Position numbers and translations under genes: made by a program. Shown in pieces: positions 1 to 9,830 of a stretch of 64,000 nucleotides of DNA. This stretch comes from a plasmid, in NCBI RefSeq assembly GCF_988243305.1, contig NZ_OZ547139.1; one strand, given 5' to 3'. The notes under the pieces were generated by a model that saw only the letters and a list, made by a program, of their open reading frames with translations, ran no database searches and was not told where the DNA came from. Position 1 is the stretch's first letter. The number at the start of each line of letters is the position of its first letter.

Positions 1-47
1 CAGCCCCTGCACTTATTGGCCGGGCTGTATTGCAATAGGGTACGCAT
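1..47 (-). CDS. Possible repB/repY-type leader peptide start (MRTLLQYSPANKCRG..., open to the left edge, toward an off-window repA)
   Basis: ATG at 47 (minus) with AAGGA about 10 nt upstream, just downstream of the RNAI target hairpin. The frame is open to position 1. Called by analogy with I-complex/IncL/M replicons; too short for the ORF track. Confidence 0.3.
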   Translation of the reverse strand, partial: MRTLLQYSPANKCRG

Positions 48-57
48 TTGCTATAAT
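30..57 (+). promoter_or_regulatory. sigma70-type promoter of the replication antisense RNA
   Basis: TTGCAA (30-35), 16 nt spacer, TATAAT (52-57), read directly. It fires into the hairpin at 84-133. Confidence 0.5.
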
Positions 58-61
58 CCTT

Positions 62-145
62 TCTGCCAGCAAGGCAGTTTGCGCCCCCTGATTTCATCTC
101 TGACCGGCCAAAGTGAGAGGATGAATCAGGGGGTTTTACTTTTTG
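62..145 (+). ncRNA. Replication-control antisense RNA (RNAI / Inc-RNA-like)
   Basis: Small 5' hairpin ctgcc-agcaa-ggcag (63-77). Long imperfect hairpin 84-133 (ccccctgatttcatctc / gagaggatgaatcaggggg) followed by T-runs at 134-145. The complementary mRNA loop reads UUGGCCGG, like the UUGGCG loop motif of I-complex replicons. Confidence 0.5.
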
Positions 146-297
146 TGGCTCCTGCCACACCCCAAGCGGTACATCTCCGGGCCGCTCTTCCCGTGCTAAA
201 TTCTGTAATAACCCCGTAAGGTTATGTAAACGCCGCTTAACATATCATGCGTTTCTAAGCGGGGCAATACCTGCGAACCCGCTTTTACATAGTAAGA

Positions 298-546
298 TCA
301 CTCTTCAGAATCGTCAAATTTCAATCCGTCGTAATAACTTTTGACAAGAAATTCAATGACTTCAGCCTGAGTGAGTTTTTTAACTTTTGTGATCTCTATC
401 AACATTCTTTTTGCATCTTTGGGGAGATAAAGGTTTAACTGGTCGTGTGTTTCCCGGATACGGTTCCGGTACTCTCTCTGGAACTCCGGGTTACTCTTCT
501 GTTCCTGGCGCTCAGTAACTCTGTTCACTACTTCCTCCCACAACAT
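298..546 (-). CDS. Small ribbon-helix-helix-like regulator at the RepC position of the replicon (82 aa from internal Met MLWEEVV...)
   Basis: The ORF 298-627 overlaps the excA terminator, so the start is moved to ATG 546. The LNLYLPKDAKRMLIEITKV...LTQAEVIEFLV pattern looks RHH/CopG-like. It sits directly upstream of the replication leader. Confidence 0.5.
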   Translation of the reverse strand: MLWEEVVNRVTERQEQKSNPEFQREYRNRIRETHDQLNLYLPKDAKRMLIEITKVKKLTQAEVIEFLVKSYYDGLKFDDSEE

Positions 547-572
547 ACGACTATAACCACTTGAGTATACAC

Positions 573-598
573 AAAAAACCCGCCATATTCGGCGGGTT
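573..598 (-). terminator. Rho-independent terminator after excA
   Basis: cccgcc-atattc-ggcggg hairpin (579-596) followed on the minus strand by T6. Confidence 0.7.
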
Positions 599-602
599 AA
601 AC

Positions 603-1256
603 TCAATAATTGCTGTTTATGAACCATCCAGCGTCTGTCAGTTTACTCTTCAGATGCTGATAGTTTTCATCCCTATTTTTATGCGTTCTGCAGATGATTT
701 CCATATCCCTGTACGCTTTATTGATATTTGGAGCTGTGATCGTTATCGTCGTAAGCCCCGTATTTCGCAGGTTTATGATTAACTCCCTGCCGACTGACTC
801 CCATGACTCGACTGTTTCGGCTTCAAAAAATAGCCGCTCACGTTTAATACTGGATGTGGCATACAGGGATGCTACTCCTATGATTCCAGTACTGAAGTCA
901 AAGCCGATGTAAGTTCTCCGGGCCAGGTCATAGTGCTCGCAGTCCTTATGAGGCTCGAAGAAACCAGAGTTCTTCATTGAAGCAGTTACTTGGTAGAGCT
1001 TGCGGCTCCTGAAGTCCTTTTTCAACATCCAGATCAGCACTGCATCGATCACAAAGATACCGACTGTACTAAACCAGTGCTCCTGAATTGAACCGTCTCT
1101 AACCGTCCAGTATAAGCCGCTCAGAAACACGAAAGCGCTAACGAACAGAAAGAGGAATACAAACATCATCCAGAGCCATGATGCGTAGTATCCAAGCCTT
1201 TTAGGACGCGCATTGTTACTAATTTTCTTAAAGTCAGTGTTTGATAACGCATTCAT
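603..1256 (-). CDS. excA: Entry-exclusion protein (ExcA position), membrane protein, 217 aa
   Basis: Last gene after traY, as in I-type transfer regions. The translation has two or three hydrophobic helices. The assignment is positional. Confidence 0.6.
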   Translation of the reverse strand: MNALSNTDFKKISNNARPKRLGYYASWLWMMFVFLFLFVSAFVFLSGLYWTVRDGSIQEHWFSTVGIFVIDAVLIWMLKKDFRSRKLYQVTASMKNSGFFEPHKDCEHYDLARRTYIGFDFSTGIIGVASLYATSSIKRERLFFEAETVESWESVGRELIINLRNTGLTTITITAPNINKAYRDMEIICRTHKNRDENYQHLKSKLTDAGWFINSNY

Positions 1257-1258
1257 AT

Positions 1259-3439
1259 TTAAGCTCCTTTGATGCCGTCCTTGCTCTTATCTACACCTGC
1301 GTCAGGATTAAATTGCTTAGGGTTGTTACGGTTCATATTTTTGGCTCCACGACCGAACGCAGCAAAGATGTCATGAACATGGTTCTGCATATCACCCAAC
1401 ACTGAATCGTTCATCTTCTGTCCAATCCAGTTTATAACATAGTTCGGCATCCTCGCAGGAAGTGCAAATACGCGAGCCACCATACCTGTGCAAAGCCTTG
1501 CATATAACATCAAAAATCCGATCGATGACAGCAGGCCAGTGAAAGAGTCAGACTGGACCTGTTCCATAGCGAATTTAAACATCATGTTTAACGCTGTTCC
1601 CAAAGCTACGATGGCCAGAGAAGCAAAAATAAACCCCATTACCATGAGCATCGGCCGAATCATTACATCGATAAGGAACACATAACCATATGTACTCCGC
1701 TCATCATTACTCTGGCCAATGTTGATATGGGTAGCTGCCCACAGGGAAGACGCCAATACACCTGTCATAAGCGTAACCAGCCAATCTGCCATAGCAACAA
1801 ACCAATAAATCATCGGTATAAACGGCAGCCAGATAGATAGTGCAAGACCGATACCAAAGAGGCTATAAAACAGCGGGTAAACCAAGAACGAAACCGATTC
1901 TAATACGCCAGCAATAGCATCTCGAATCCCTGTAAGTTTGTTCATCATTCCCGCAGCAAAACCGGGTAGACTCTTCCCTTCTGAAACCTTCACTGCAACA
2001 TTGATAGCGGTCCAACTGGCGAGTCCAACCTCAGCTACACCTAACGTGTAATCGCCGATAGCTTTCATTTTGAGTAAAGGGTTGGTCACGTCACTGTAAC
2101 CATCACCAGTGCCGTAGTTACTCGTTGCAAGCCAGTTTGTAACGTTGAAGTCGAAAATTTTTGTAATAAGGGACGTTCCGTCTCCAGTTGTGGCGGCATT
2201 TTCAAGGCTTTTTTGATCAATGTTCCTTGCAAGTGCGTTAGATTCGGTGCCAAGAGGCGGCGTATAATTACTATTTTTCAGTTGAGAATGGTAAGCCTGG
2301 AACAAGCCTTTAAAGTAATCGATAGAGCCGATATCGCCATCGTTACTCATTCCTGAAACTACCGGCTTCAGGTTAGCAACATCTTTCATCTCGGTATTCG
2401 CAGTAGCTAATGTGTGATAGTACACACCAAGATATAGCCACCCTTTCTCTTTGATATCCGACTCCATTTTTTGAACAATTTCGTCGTCACCGGCTGCTGA
2501 ATTAGCAGCATGTTGAACCTGAAGCTGGTAATCACGCGCAGCAGTCTGGATCGCGCTTTCAACATCTGGCAGCTCACCGTCCCCGGAACGCATTTTTGCC
2601 ATATATGCTGCATTAAACTGCTCTGCAGCAGTCTTCATTTTTCCCCACAACGTGTCCGTTGCTTGTTGCTGAACGCTGTAGACGGAATCCGCATAACCGC
2701 TAGCGAAGATAGAAGTCCATCCTGCTGGACGTTGTGGCAGCGAAACGGTCCCACATACAGCTGAGCCGTTGTTTACAGATATAGAATATGTGCTGTCACC
2801 TGTTTGGTATTGCATTCTGGCGTTATTCTCATAATGTTGGCCAGAAGCCTCCATTTGAGCAATCCCCTGATTTACACCCAAAGCACAAAGGTTTGTTTCA
2901 AACATCCCTTTTGCAACAGACGCCATTTCTGGCATAACAGGGGCTATATAGACAGCTTTACCACTCGCTAATTCCGAAGCCGTTTTATCTGCAATAACAT
3001 TGGCAGATCCTACGCCAATGATTGAACCGCACCATAGAAAAAGCAGCTGCGCCACAGACCAACCGACAACGGTAGGTACAAGCAACAACCACCCAAAAGT
3101 CGTTTTAACAATTTTGAATGCGTTATTGCCATCACCCTCAATGAAACTTCCCAACTGACCTGCCTGGTGAAGTTTCTTAATGCTGATTATCCCCATATAG
3201 ACAAGGGCAAGAATCGCGATAACTTCGTTGACAGTGAAGAAAACGTTATTAAGTAAGCCATCGCCGGAAGGGCTAAACGGATTATTAACTACCTCACCAA
3301 AAACGGTATGTAACATTTGACGCGATAGGTCACCTGAACGTTTAGCCGCTTCAGTTATGCCATCAATCCCCAAATCCGCTGAATATGAAGGCGACGCCAC
3401 AACGAAAAGAGATAGAAGCAACCTTTTTAATTTACTCAT
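1259..3439 (-). CDS. traY: TraY, DotA-like polytopic inner-membrane T4SS protein (726 aa from MSKLKRLLLSLFVVASPSYSA)
   Basis: Large multi-TM protein at the traX-traY-excA position. The start is moved to ATG 3439, which gives a signal-like N-terminus and overlaps the traX stop. Confidence 0.75.
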   Translation of the reverse strand: MSKLKRLLLSLFVVASPSYSADLGIDGITEAAKRSGDLSRQMLHTVFGEVVNNPFSPSGDGLLNNVFFTVNEVIAILALVYMGIISIKKLHQAGQLGSFIEGDGNNAFKIVKTTFGWLLLVPTVVGWSVAQLLFLWCGSIIGVGSANVIADKTASELASGKAVYIAPVMPEMASVAKGMFETNLCALGVNQGIAQMEASGQHYENNARMQYQTGDSTYSISVNNGSAVCGTVSLPQRPAGWTSIFASGYADSVYSVQQQATDTLWGKMKTAAEQFNAAYMAKMRSGDGELPDVESAIQTAARDYQLQVQHAANSAAGDDEIVQKMESDIKEKGWLYLGVYYHTLATANTEMKDVANLKPVVSGMSNDGDIGSIDYFKGLFQAYHSQLKNSNYTPPLGTESNALARNIDQKSLENAATTGDGTSLITKIFDFNVTNWLATSNYGTGDGYSDVTNPLLKMKAIGDYTLGVAEVGLASWTAINVAVKVSEGKSLPGFAAGMMNKLTGIRDAIAGVLESVSFLVYPLFYSLFGIGLALSIWLPFIPMIYWFVAMADWLVTLMTGVLASSLWAATHINIGQSNDERSTYGYVFLIDVMIRPMLMVMGFIFASLAIVALGTALNMMFKFAMEQVQSDSFTGLLSSIGFLMLYARLCTGMVARVFALPARMPNYVINWIGQKMNDSVLGDMQNHVHDIFAAFGRGAKNMNRNNPKQFNPDAGVDKSKDGIKGA

Positions 3440-4082
3440 GTGGCCCCCGCTCTTGACCAGCCTGCGAAAAATTAAATGTATTACGCACTCCCCCATCATT
3501 AAGGAAATAACGTAACGTACCTTGCTCTGCATCAGAGTGAGCCTGGTTTCGTAACTGCCACCCCATGAACTCACATGTGAGAGCCTTAATGAAAGTAAAG
3601 ATCCCAGCAGCAAACAGGACGCCACAGGTGAGAGTTGCTCTTAACAAGCTCATGTTCGGTGAGCCATTTAGAAGCAATCTGGCATAACCAGACGTTAAAA
3701 AAAGCAGAATGAGGACTAATGCAAAAAAACAACAAAGCCAGTATTTCTTGTATAAACTGGCCTTATCCAACAATTCTGATACAGGTCTATTGCTCCGTTT
3801 CATAACTTCGGCGAACGGCTGATTTGCATCAGAATCAACAGGTGGACCATCAAGGTTTTTTATTTGCTTCTTAACGAATGAAGCCCGCTGAAAGAGCAGG
3901 CTGAATGTTTGCTTTACTGACGCGATAATAAAATATATATCGCTGATGCCAGTAATATAATATATCGTTCGTTTAGCCTTCCCTTCCGGGAGGTCATTGA
4001 CACCTGTTACAACATCAAGGCCTTTTTTTAATTTCCCTGATTTGGCTGTGTCTTTATCCCCTGTTTTATTTTCGTCGGTCAT
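3432..4082 (-). CDS. traX: TraX, membrane protein of the I-type T4SS
   Basis: Synteny between traW and traY, with TM helices. Start and stop overlap the neighbouring genes. Confidence 0.6.
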   Translation of the reverse strand: MTDENKTGDKDTAKSGKLKKGLDVVTGVNDLPEGKAKRTIYYITGISDIYFIIASVKQTFSLLFQRASFVKKQIKNLDGPPVDSDANQPFAEVMKRSNRPVSELLDKASLYKKYWLCCFFALVLILLFLTSGYARLLLNGSPNMSLLRATLTCGVLFAAGIFTFIKALTCEFMGWQLRNQAHSDAEQGTLRYFLNDGGVRNTFNFSQAGQERGPHE

Positions 4083-5287
4083 TTTCTGGATACTCCCGCG
4101 TTCACACTCTCCAGCTGTGCTGCCAGCATCGGTTTGTATGTTTGATATGCGTCGTTCGCCAGGATCTGGCCAAGCAGCACATTTTGTTTCTCCAGCTGCT
4201 GTTTGGTTTTCAGCACTAACCAGTTGTTCAGATTGGCGATATTGATTTGCTCACGCATCAAATCTTCGGTGTTCTTGTTGGTCAGCGTCGCCTGGTAAGC
4301 AGGGTTGCTGTAACGGCGACCTACTTCGAATTCCTCAAACTCTCTGGCAGACATACGGTTAAGCTGTTTCGCCCTGTTACTGGCCGTCGCCTGGAAATAG
4401 GATTCGACTTCCGGCACTTTGCGCGCATCTGCAAGCGCGGCATCAGTGGCCGGGTTCGGTTTGGAGTTGGCGATCATTTCCATCTGAGGTTGTGCGGCCG
4501 CGTCGGTGAGCGCCTGGTATTGCTGAATCATGCCCAGGTAAATTCGCCCGCTGGCGCCTTTAACTTCCCCACGACTCAGCTGACGACCAGCACTGCGCAA
4601 CGCGGTATTTTTCATATAGCGCAGCGCCGCATCTGTCTGCTCATCTGTAAACGTCAGATCAGGTGCCTTGCCTTCTTTGCCGGCGCCATAAAGCAACGAG
4701 CTCAGCGACGTATCTGCCCGCGGCATGTCAGATACACTTGGGCAGAATGAAGTCCCACCAAATGCAGCATAATCCGAACTGTCGCAGTACTGGCTGTGAA
4801 CTTCGGCCGTTGAAGATGCATCCACGTCGGTTGCGCGTGCCGGCACTTCAAAAATAGCCTTAACATCTTTCGCAGAACTGGCGCTTCCCAGCGTTCGCTG
4901 ACCGCCAGCGGCCGCAGAGGATACCCCCGCGGCGCCACCGCCAATAGACTGCGCACAGATATCATCCGGAACACGGTACTTATCCTGTGCCTGCAGCAGC
5001 CGGTCATTACGTTTTTGCTCGACTTCGAACTGTCGGTTAGTTTCAGCCACCTGCTGCATTAATGCTGCCTGGCGATCGCCCTGCTGGCTGATTGCCGTAC
5101 CAATGTTAATCAGCGTGGCCTGGATATTACCTAACAGGCCATTAGCTGTGCTCAACGCCGGCATAACCTGCGTTGAGATGGGAATGCTGCTGTTAACGTT
5201 GACCGTATAGGCAAATGCTGACTGTACGCTGAAGGCCAGAATTGAAACGGCCATCACTGACCGTTTTGCTTTTCCGATTTTTATCAT
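4079..5287 (-). CDS. traW: TraW, exported T4SS protein (402 aa)
   Basis: Signal peptide MIKIGKAKRSVMAVSILAFSVQSAFA. Lies downstream of traU and is translationally coupled to it. Confidence 0.6.
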   Translation of the reverse strand: MIKIGKAKRSVMAVSILAFSVQSAFAYTVNVNSSIPISTQVMPALSTANGLLGNIQATLINIGTAISQQGDRQAALMQQVAETNRQFEVEQKRNDRLLQAQDKYRVPDDICAQSIGGGAAGVSSAAAGGQRTLGSASSAKDVKAIFEVPARATDVDASSTAEVHSQYCDSSDYAAFGGTSFCPSVSDMPRADTSLSSLLYGAGKEGKAPDLTFTDEQTDAALRYMKNTALRSAGRQLSRGEVKGASGRIYLGMIQQYQALTDAAAQPQMEMIANSKPNPATDAALADARKVPEVESYFQATASNRAKQLNRMSAREFEEFEVGRRYSNPAYQATLTNKNTEDLMREQINIANLNNWLVLKTKQQLEKQNVLLGQILANDAYQTYKPMLAAQLESVNAGVSRK

Positions 5288-8200
5288 CTGAATCCCCTTC
5301 TCACATCAGAAATGATTTCTTTAGCGAGCTTCATCGCCATAGTTTGTGATTCTTCTTCAGAATCACGCTCACCACCCTGATTGACCACCATTTCATCAAT
5401 GATACTTGATGCACTTCCCATAGGGAATCTATTTGCTAATTCTTCCCTTGCTTTTTTCGTTCCCAGCTCTTCATAAAGCACATCTCTGAGCGCTCTATCT
5501 TTTGCAGATGAGTTCAAAGCCCAAAGCAGTTTTGGTCCTAATGTGTTTTTCAGAATGTGGCAAATAAGACCACGTTTTGTTTTAAAAATACCGAGGAATG
5601 CAGTACCACTTCCGTCCGGATAAACCCCTTGCGGAAGCTGTCTGAAACGACGCAGGATATCGGCCGGGATGTTGATCTCTAATTGCTTCAGATACTCTTC
5701 ATCCCCTTCCGTCAGGCGCATCATAAACAGGCTGTTCATGGTTTTAAGCACACTCGAAGGCATATGGCTCAGATACTGAGACGAGAAGGCAGTACGGACG
5801 TTGAATTTACGATCTTCAAGGTCAGCGGTGTTCAGCGCATTTTGAATAAAGTCGATGCCGGCAAAGTTATGACACTCATCATAAAAGGTATGTTTAACCT
5901 CTTCTGAAAGCTCCCTGATGCGCGCCTGGTGATATGCCCTGTACTGCTCCGGTAAAGCAGGAATGAAGGTTTCTGCGGACTGAGGCAGGTAGTAGTTACG
6001 CACAGCCATCTGGCGCGCAAAAAGATACATAATGCCGGACTTGAGCTTACCTGCAGGTGTCGTTCTGTCACCGAGGACGTTTTGCATGTCCAGGATCGCA
6101 ATGCGAGTCTCCGGGCTGAAATCATAAACCGTTATCCCTGAGAAAATGGCATACTCAGCTGCAGCAGCCTGGAAGCAACGTGCAACGAAGCCTACTACAG
6201 GCTCACTCCCATTAACTTTTACGTCAGCGTATTGGTTTTTAAATGATTCAGTTTGTAGTTCAGCAATAAAATCGTGAATGGTTGGCACAGCATAACGCTG
6301 AGCAACCGTCGCAGCATGAAGATATTTTTTGGCAAACAGCTTATCAACGACTTCCCACCATGTAGCTCTTTCAAACCAGTCTTCACCAAGCTCTTTATCC
6401 AGACCTGATTCTTTCAGAGCTTCATTAATCACCGGGTCGTTATACTTAAACAAGTTAGCACTTGAATGCGCTTTTGCTTTGTATACGTTTGATACAACCT
6501 TACTGACGATTTGGCCAACGCTCATTGCATCTGGCGGCTGGCCAATTGCCGGATCAATACAGAATGCGTTAAGCATCTGCTTTAAGAATACTTCCTCAAA
6601 CTGCGTCAGATACCTTGAACCTAACTGCGTATCGCAGATGTTAATACAGTGCGATTCGTCATTGTTCAGGGTGATACTGGCAATCTGGTGACGTTTCTCT
6701 GACGGCAGCTCAGCGCTAATCAGATCGGCGATACCTTTTGCACTGTAGCCCTTATCAATGATGGTCAGATAAGGCAGTTTTTTATCAGCCCGGTAAATCG
6801 AACTCAGGTTAAGGCGGTTGGCCAGCACGCTTTTACCGGAACCAGGAACACCGGTGATGACATCGGTAAATTTCTCCTGCAGGGGACTGGCGATTTGATA
6901 GGGGAACAGCTTGCCATCGAGCGTGATGAAGTTGATATTGCCTTTACCATGCCAGGGACTGGCCGGACGTTCAAAAGGTAACATCCGCAAGCCTTCACTC
7001 AACGGCGGATAATGCAATGAGCCAGGTGTGGCCGTCGTCAGCCCCGGAACGGATGCAATCAGTGCGCTACCTGGATTGCCATATGTCTTGGACACACCTG
7101 ATACACCCCAGCCTTCAATCGCCTTAGTTAAAGCCGCCAGGTTGCGTTTGGCTTCATCCTTAGTGTCGCCCCAGGTGGCAAAGTTGATGGCCATGATAGC
7201 CGTTGGATCGGTTTCGCTCTGGGCCCGGACATAATCCATATCACGCGCGATATTACCGAGTGAGGGAATGAAACGAAGGAAAGATATGATTACTGATGGC
7301 CAGAACAGTGCTTTTTTGCCCCCGCCTATAAAGTCATATTTTATCCGGTACGGGATTTTCCGGTTAATCGCGTTGAATAACTGCTTAAATTTGACAGGGT
7401 GAAGTGGTGGTAACTCAAGGGCAACAGAGCCGTAATACTTACCATCACAGTAAATCAGGCCACCATCTTCTTCCAGTTCCCCTTCCATGATCTGGATATT
7501 CAGCCGCGGCGGCAGCACGGAGTCGATATTGTCTTTCCGTGGGGCGCCATAAATTCGCAGATTTTGGTCAAACGGCGTGCGAGGGTACCAGTTTTCTGAT
7601 GTTGAATTCCGGAACAGCATCTGACGCATCATTGCGCCAGCGTGTTTGACATCGAGGACATCAACCAGAAGCCCCATTCCTGATTCATCATCCCCCTGAA
7701 GCATACCAATCAGGCGCCACAGCATCGCGTCATGCGTGATCTTCAAACCTTCAAGCTGAAATTCGATTGGGTTCTGACTGAAGCGCGTCTGCGGGATATC
7801 CTTCAGTACGCCGGCAGCTTTTGCCTGTTCGTTTTTAAGTTCATCCTTCGCAATCATCCCCTTCGAGGTATACAGCACGATGTAAGCGCGTTCACGGCTG
7901 TAATGAGCGGCGATTTTTTTTGCGTCATCGGCGATCAGGTCTTTAATGTCTATCTGCAGACGCTCTATTGCTGCTACCTGCGGTTTATAAACATTATTCA
8001 GCTCTTCCTGGTTCTTGGTAAAGTCGCGTTCGAACACCACAGACAACTTATGGCCGCTGTTAATAAAGGAATTCGACAAGGAGTTTGATAGGTGCATGAT
8101 GAAGTCATTAAACGACTTCTCGTCAAACGATGATTTAGCGCCCTGAACCTCAATAACGGTAAGAAAATCGTTGTTCTTAGTGGTCAGAATGTACGGAGCC

Positions 8201-8334
8201 CTGATTTCAGGATGCTCAACGCGATCCTGCGACGTAAGCCCTACAACCGTTGTCAAATCACAGTATTTTAACGAGTCATTTGATGTCAGATTGCGTGAGA
8301 TACCTTCGATCACATCCTCAAAGAAAGAAATCAT
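5284..8334 (-). CDS. traU: TraU, DotO/IcmB(VirB4)-like T4SS ATPase (1016 aa)
   Basis: Size, Walker A GVPGSGKS, and position after the traR-traT-like genes. Confidence 0.85.
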   Translation of the reverse strand: MISFFEDVIEGISRNLTSNDSLKYCDLTTVVGLTSQDRVEHPEIRAPYILTTKNNDFLTVIEVQGAKSSFDEKSFNDFIMHLSNSLSNSFINSGHKLSVVFERDFTKNQEELNNVYKPQVAAIERLQIDIKDLIADDAKKIAAHYSRERAYIVLYTSKGMIAKDELKNEQAKAAGVLKDIPQTRFSQNPIEFQLEGLKITHDAMLWRLIGMLQGDDESGMGLLVDVLDVKHAGAMMRQMLFRNSTSENWYPRTPFDQNLRIYGAPRKDNIDSVLPPRLNIQIMEGELEEDGGLIYCDGKYYGSVALELPPLHPVKFKQLFNAINRKIPYRIKYDFIGGGKKALFWPSVIISFLRFIPSLGNIARDMDYVRAQSETDPTAIMAINFATWGDTKDEAKRNLAALTKAIEGWGVSGVSKTYGNPGSALIASVPGLTTATPGSLHYPPLSEGLRMLPFERPASPWHGKGNINFITLDGKLFPYQIASPLQEKFTDVITGVPGSGKSVLANRLNLSSIYRADKKLPYLTIIDKGYSAKGIADLISAELPSEKRHQIASITLNNDESHCINICDTQLGSRYLTQFEEVFLKQMLNAFCIDPAIGQPPDAMSVGQIVSKVVSNVYKAKAHSSANLFKYNDPVINEALKESGLDKELGEDWFERATWWEVVDKLFAKKYLHAATVAQRYAVPTIHDFIAELQTESFKNQYADVKVNGSEPVVGFVARCFQAAAAEYAIFSGITVYDFSPETRIAILDMQNVLGDRTTPAGKLKSGIMYLFARQMAVRNYYLPQSAETFIPALPEQYRAYHQARIRELSEEVKHTFYDECHNFAGIDFIQNALNTADLEDRKFNVRTAFSSQYLSHMPSSVLKTMNSLFMMRLTEGDEEYLKQLEINIPADILRRFRQLPQGVYPDGSGTAFLGIFKTKRGLICHILKNTLGPKLLWALNSSAKDRALRDVLYEELGTKKAREELANRFPMGSASSIIDEMVVNQGGERDSEEESQTMAMKLAKEIISDVRRGFR

Positions 8335-8825
8335 TTAAAACCTCTCTTACCCTTGTAAATTTCATTCCAGTCACTTACATCCGGCAATTCGTCTGACTCT
8401 GCAACAGAAGCGACAAACTCATCGTCAAAATTCATGGGAAGTAACTGATGGTGTTTTTTTATCAGGTGCAGTAAATCGTATCCATCATCACTGCCGGTTT
8501 CGTTTAGAACTACGTCAGTTGTGCTGAGCAATATCTGTTTAAGTTTCTTCGCCTTTTCACGGTAAGAATCGTCCGTTGACTTTTCCGCCTTTGCAATTGA
8601 ACGAAACAGCAGGCTGTAGAGTTTTCGGTTTGTATTTCTCTTCAGCAGAAGTCCGGTTTGAGTCTCTAGTTTCATTTTCTCCGGATGTTCGAGCGACAGG
8701 CATACAGAGCAAAGCATTCTCTCTTTCTGTCCATCTTCTGCGAGGGAGAAAACATCTTTGCTCTTTATCCCGCACACATGGCATCTGGCAGGTTGTTCAT
8801 TCCTGGTGAGCTTAAAATCTTTCAT
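8331..8825 (-). CDS. TraT-position protein, IcmJ/DotN-like Cys-rich (CxxC...CxxC) protein, 164 aa
   Basis: CHVCG...CSVCLSLEH pattern. The order traR-X-traU mirrors icmD-icmJ-icmB. The start is moved to ATG 8825 (GGAG upstream, after a hairpin). Confidence 0.5.
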   Translation of the reverse strand: MKDFKLTRNEQPARCHVCGIKSKDVFSLAEDGQKERMLCSVCLSLEHPEKMKLETQTGLLLKRNTNRKLYSLLFRSIAKAEKSTDDSYREKAKKLKQILLSTTDVVLNETGSDDGYDLLHLIKKHHQLLPMNFDDEFVASVAESDELPDVSDWNEIYKGKRGFK

Positions 8826-8870
8826 GAGGGAACTCCGGTATTGGCCCCGCAAGGCGGGGCCGAAGGGACA

Positions 8871-9260
8871 TTACAGGGTTGCGTCAACGCCAACAGTTGA
8901 ACCAACAGAAGAGATCCATGCGGTCAGGCCGACCAGGCAGGCACCAACAACCATTGACCAGAAGATGAAGCTGCCACTGATATCTTTCCCGCGTTTGTTT
9001 TTAAGGAAAAGAGAAACAAGCCCGACAATAAAGAACACAACACCAATGACTTTACCGCCGGTAATCAGACCAGGCTGGGTACTGGCAAGACCTTCCGTGA
9101 AGGTATTGATTTTCTCCCAGACAGTCGTTTCAGCCGCAGCCTCTTTGCTCAGTAATGCCAGCGGCAATACCACTAACGATTTTGCCACCGTTCCGCGCAG
9201 CTGATACGCTGCGATGGATGCAGATAATGCCTTGTCTTTGATAAGTTTAACAATTTTCAT
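8871..9260 (-). CDS. traR: TraR, IcmD/DotP-like small membrane protein
   Basis: 129 aa with 2-3 TM helices; assigned by synteny. Confidence 0.6.
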   Translation of the reverse strand: MKIVKLIKDKALSASIAAYQLRGTVAKSLVVLPLALLSKEAAAETTVWEKINTFTEGLASTQPGLITGGKVIGVVFFIVGLVSLFLKNKRGKDISGSFIFWSMVVGACLVGLTAWISSVGSTVGVDATL

Positions 9261-9276
9261 AAAGTATCCTTTTTGA

Positions 9277-9807
9277 TTACCAGTGAATGTTTAATGTGCT
9301 CTGCAACGCATCGAGCGTTTGTGTATCGAACATCAGAAGTAGTCCACATACAATTTTCACAATGGATGCCCCTCTCGTACCCGAAGCTGACAGCTCCGTA
9401 TGGCCCTCAAGGTAAGAGTCTTTCAACCCCTTTATACCCCTGTAAAAAAAGTATGCGCCGAGAATTCTAACAATCCCCAGCACTGCGTTGACTGCTGCGG
9501 CTCCCATGCCAAACGTAGATTCGCTCGCATAACTGACGGGTCCGAAGCTAACATCGCCAAATCCTAAAGTGGCACCGCCTGAGTTCATCTGTGCCTTCAA
9601 CGTGATGAGGCATACACAGAAGATGATACCGGCAAAAATTCTGCCAACTTCCACACCTTTTGTTGAATGCCTGGCCTGCTTCCGCAGGCTCATCAGATAT
9701 CCAATAACACCAATGATCCCAACGACTGCAGCGACACCTATGATTAGCCTTGTCAGCGGTTCCTGACCACCGTTAGCAACCTGAATTAATACCGATTCTA
9801 AATCCAT
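9277..9807 (-). CDS. traQ: TraQ, IcmC/DotE-like membrane protein
   Basis: 176 aa, polytopic; assigned by synteny. Confidence 0.6.
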   Translation of the reverse strand: MDLESVLIQVANGGQEPLTRLIIGVAAVVGIIGVIGYLMSLRKQARHSTKGVEVGRIFAGIIFCVCLITLKAQMNSGGATLGFGDVSFGPVSYASESTFGMGAAAVNAVLGIVRILGAYFFYRGIKGLKDSYLEGHTELSASGTRGASIVKIVCGLLLMFDTQTLDALQSTLNIHW

Positions 9808-9830
9808 AGTTTCGCCTTTTTGGGTCCTGT

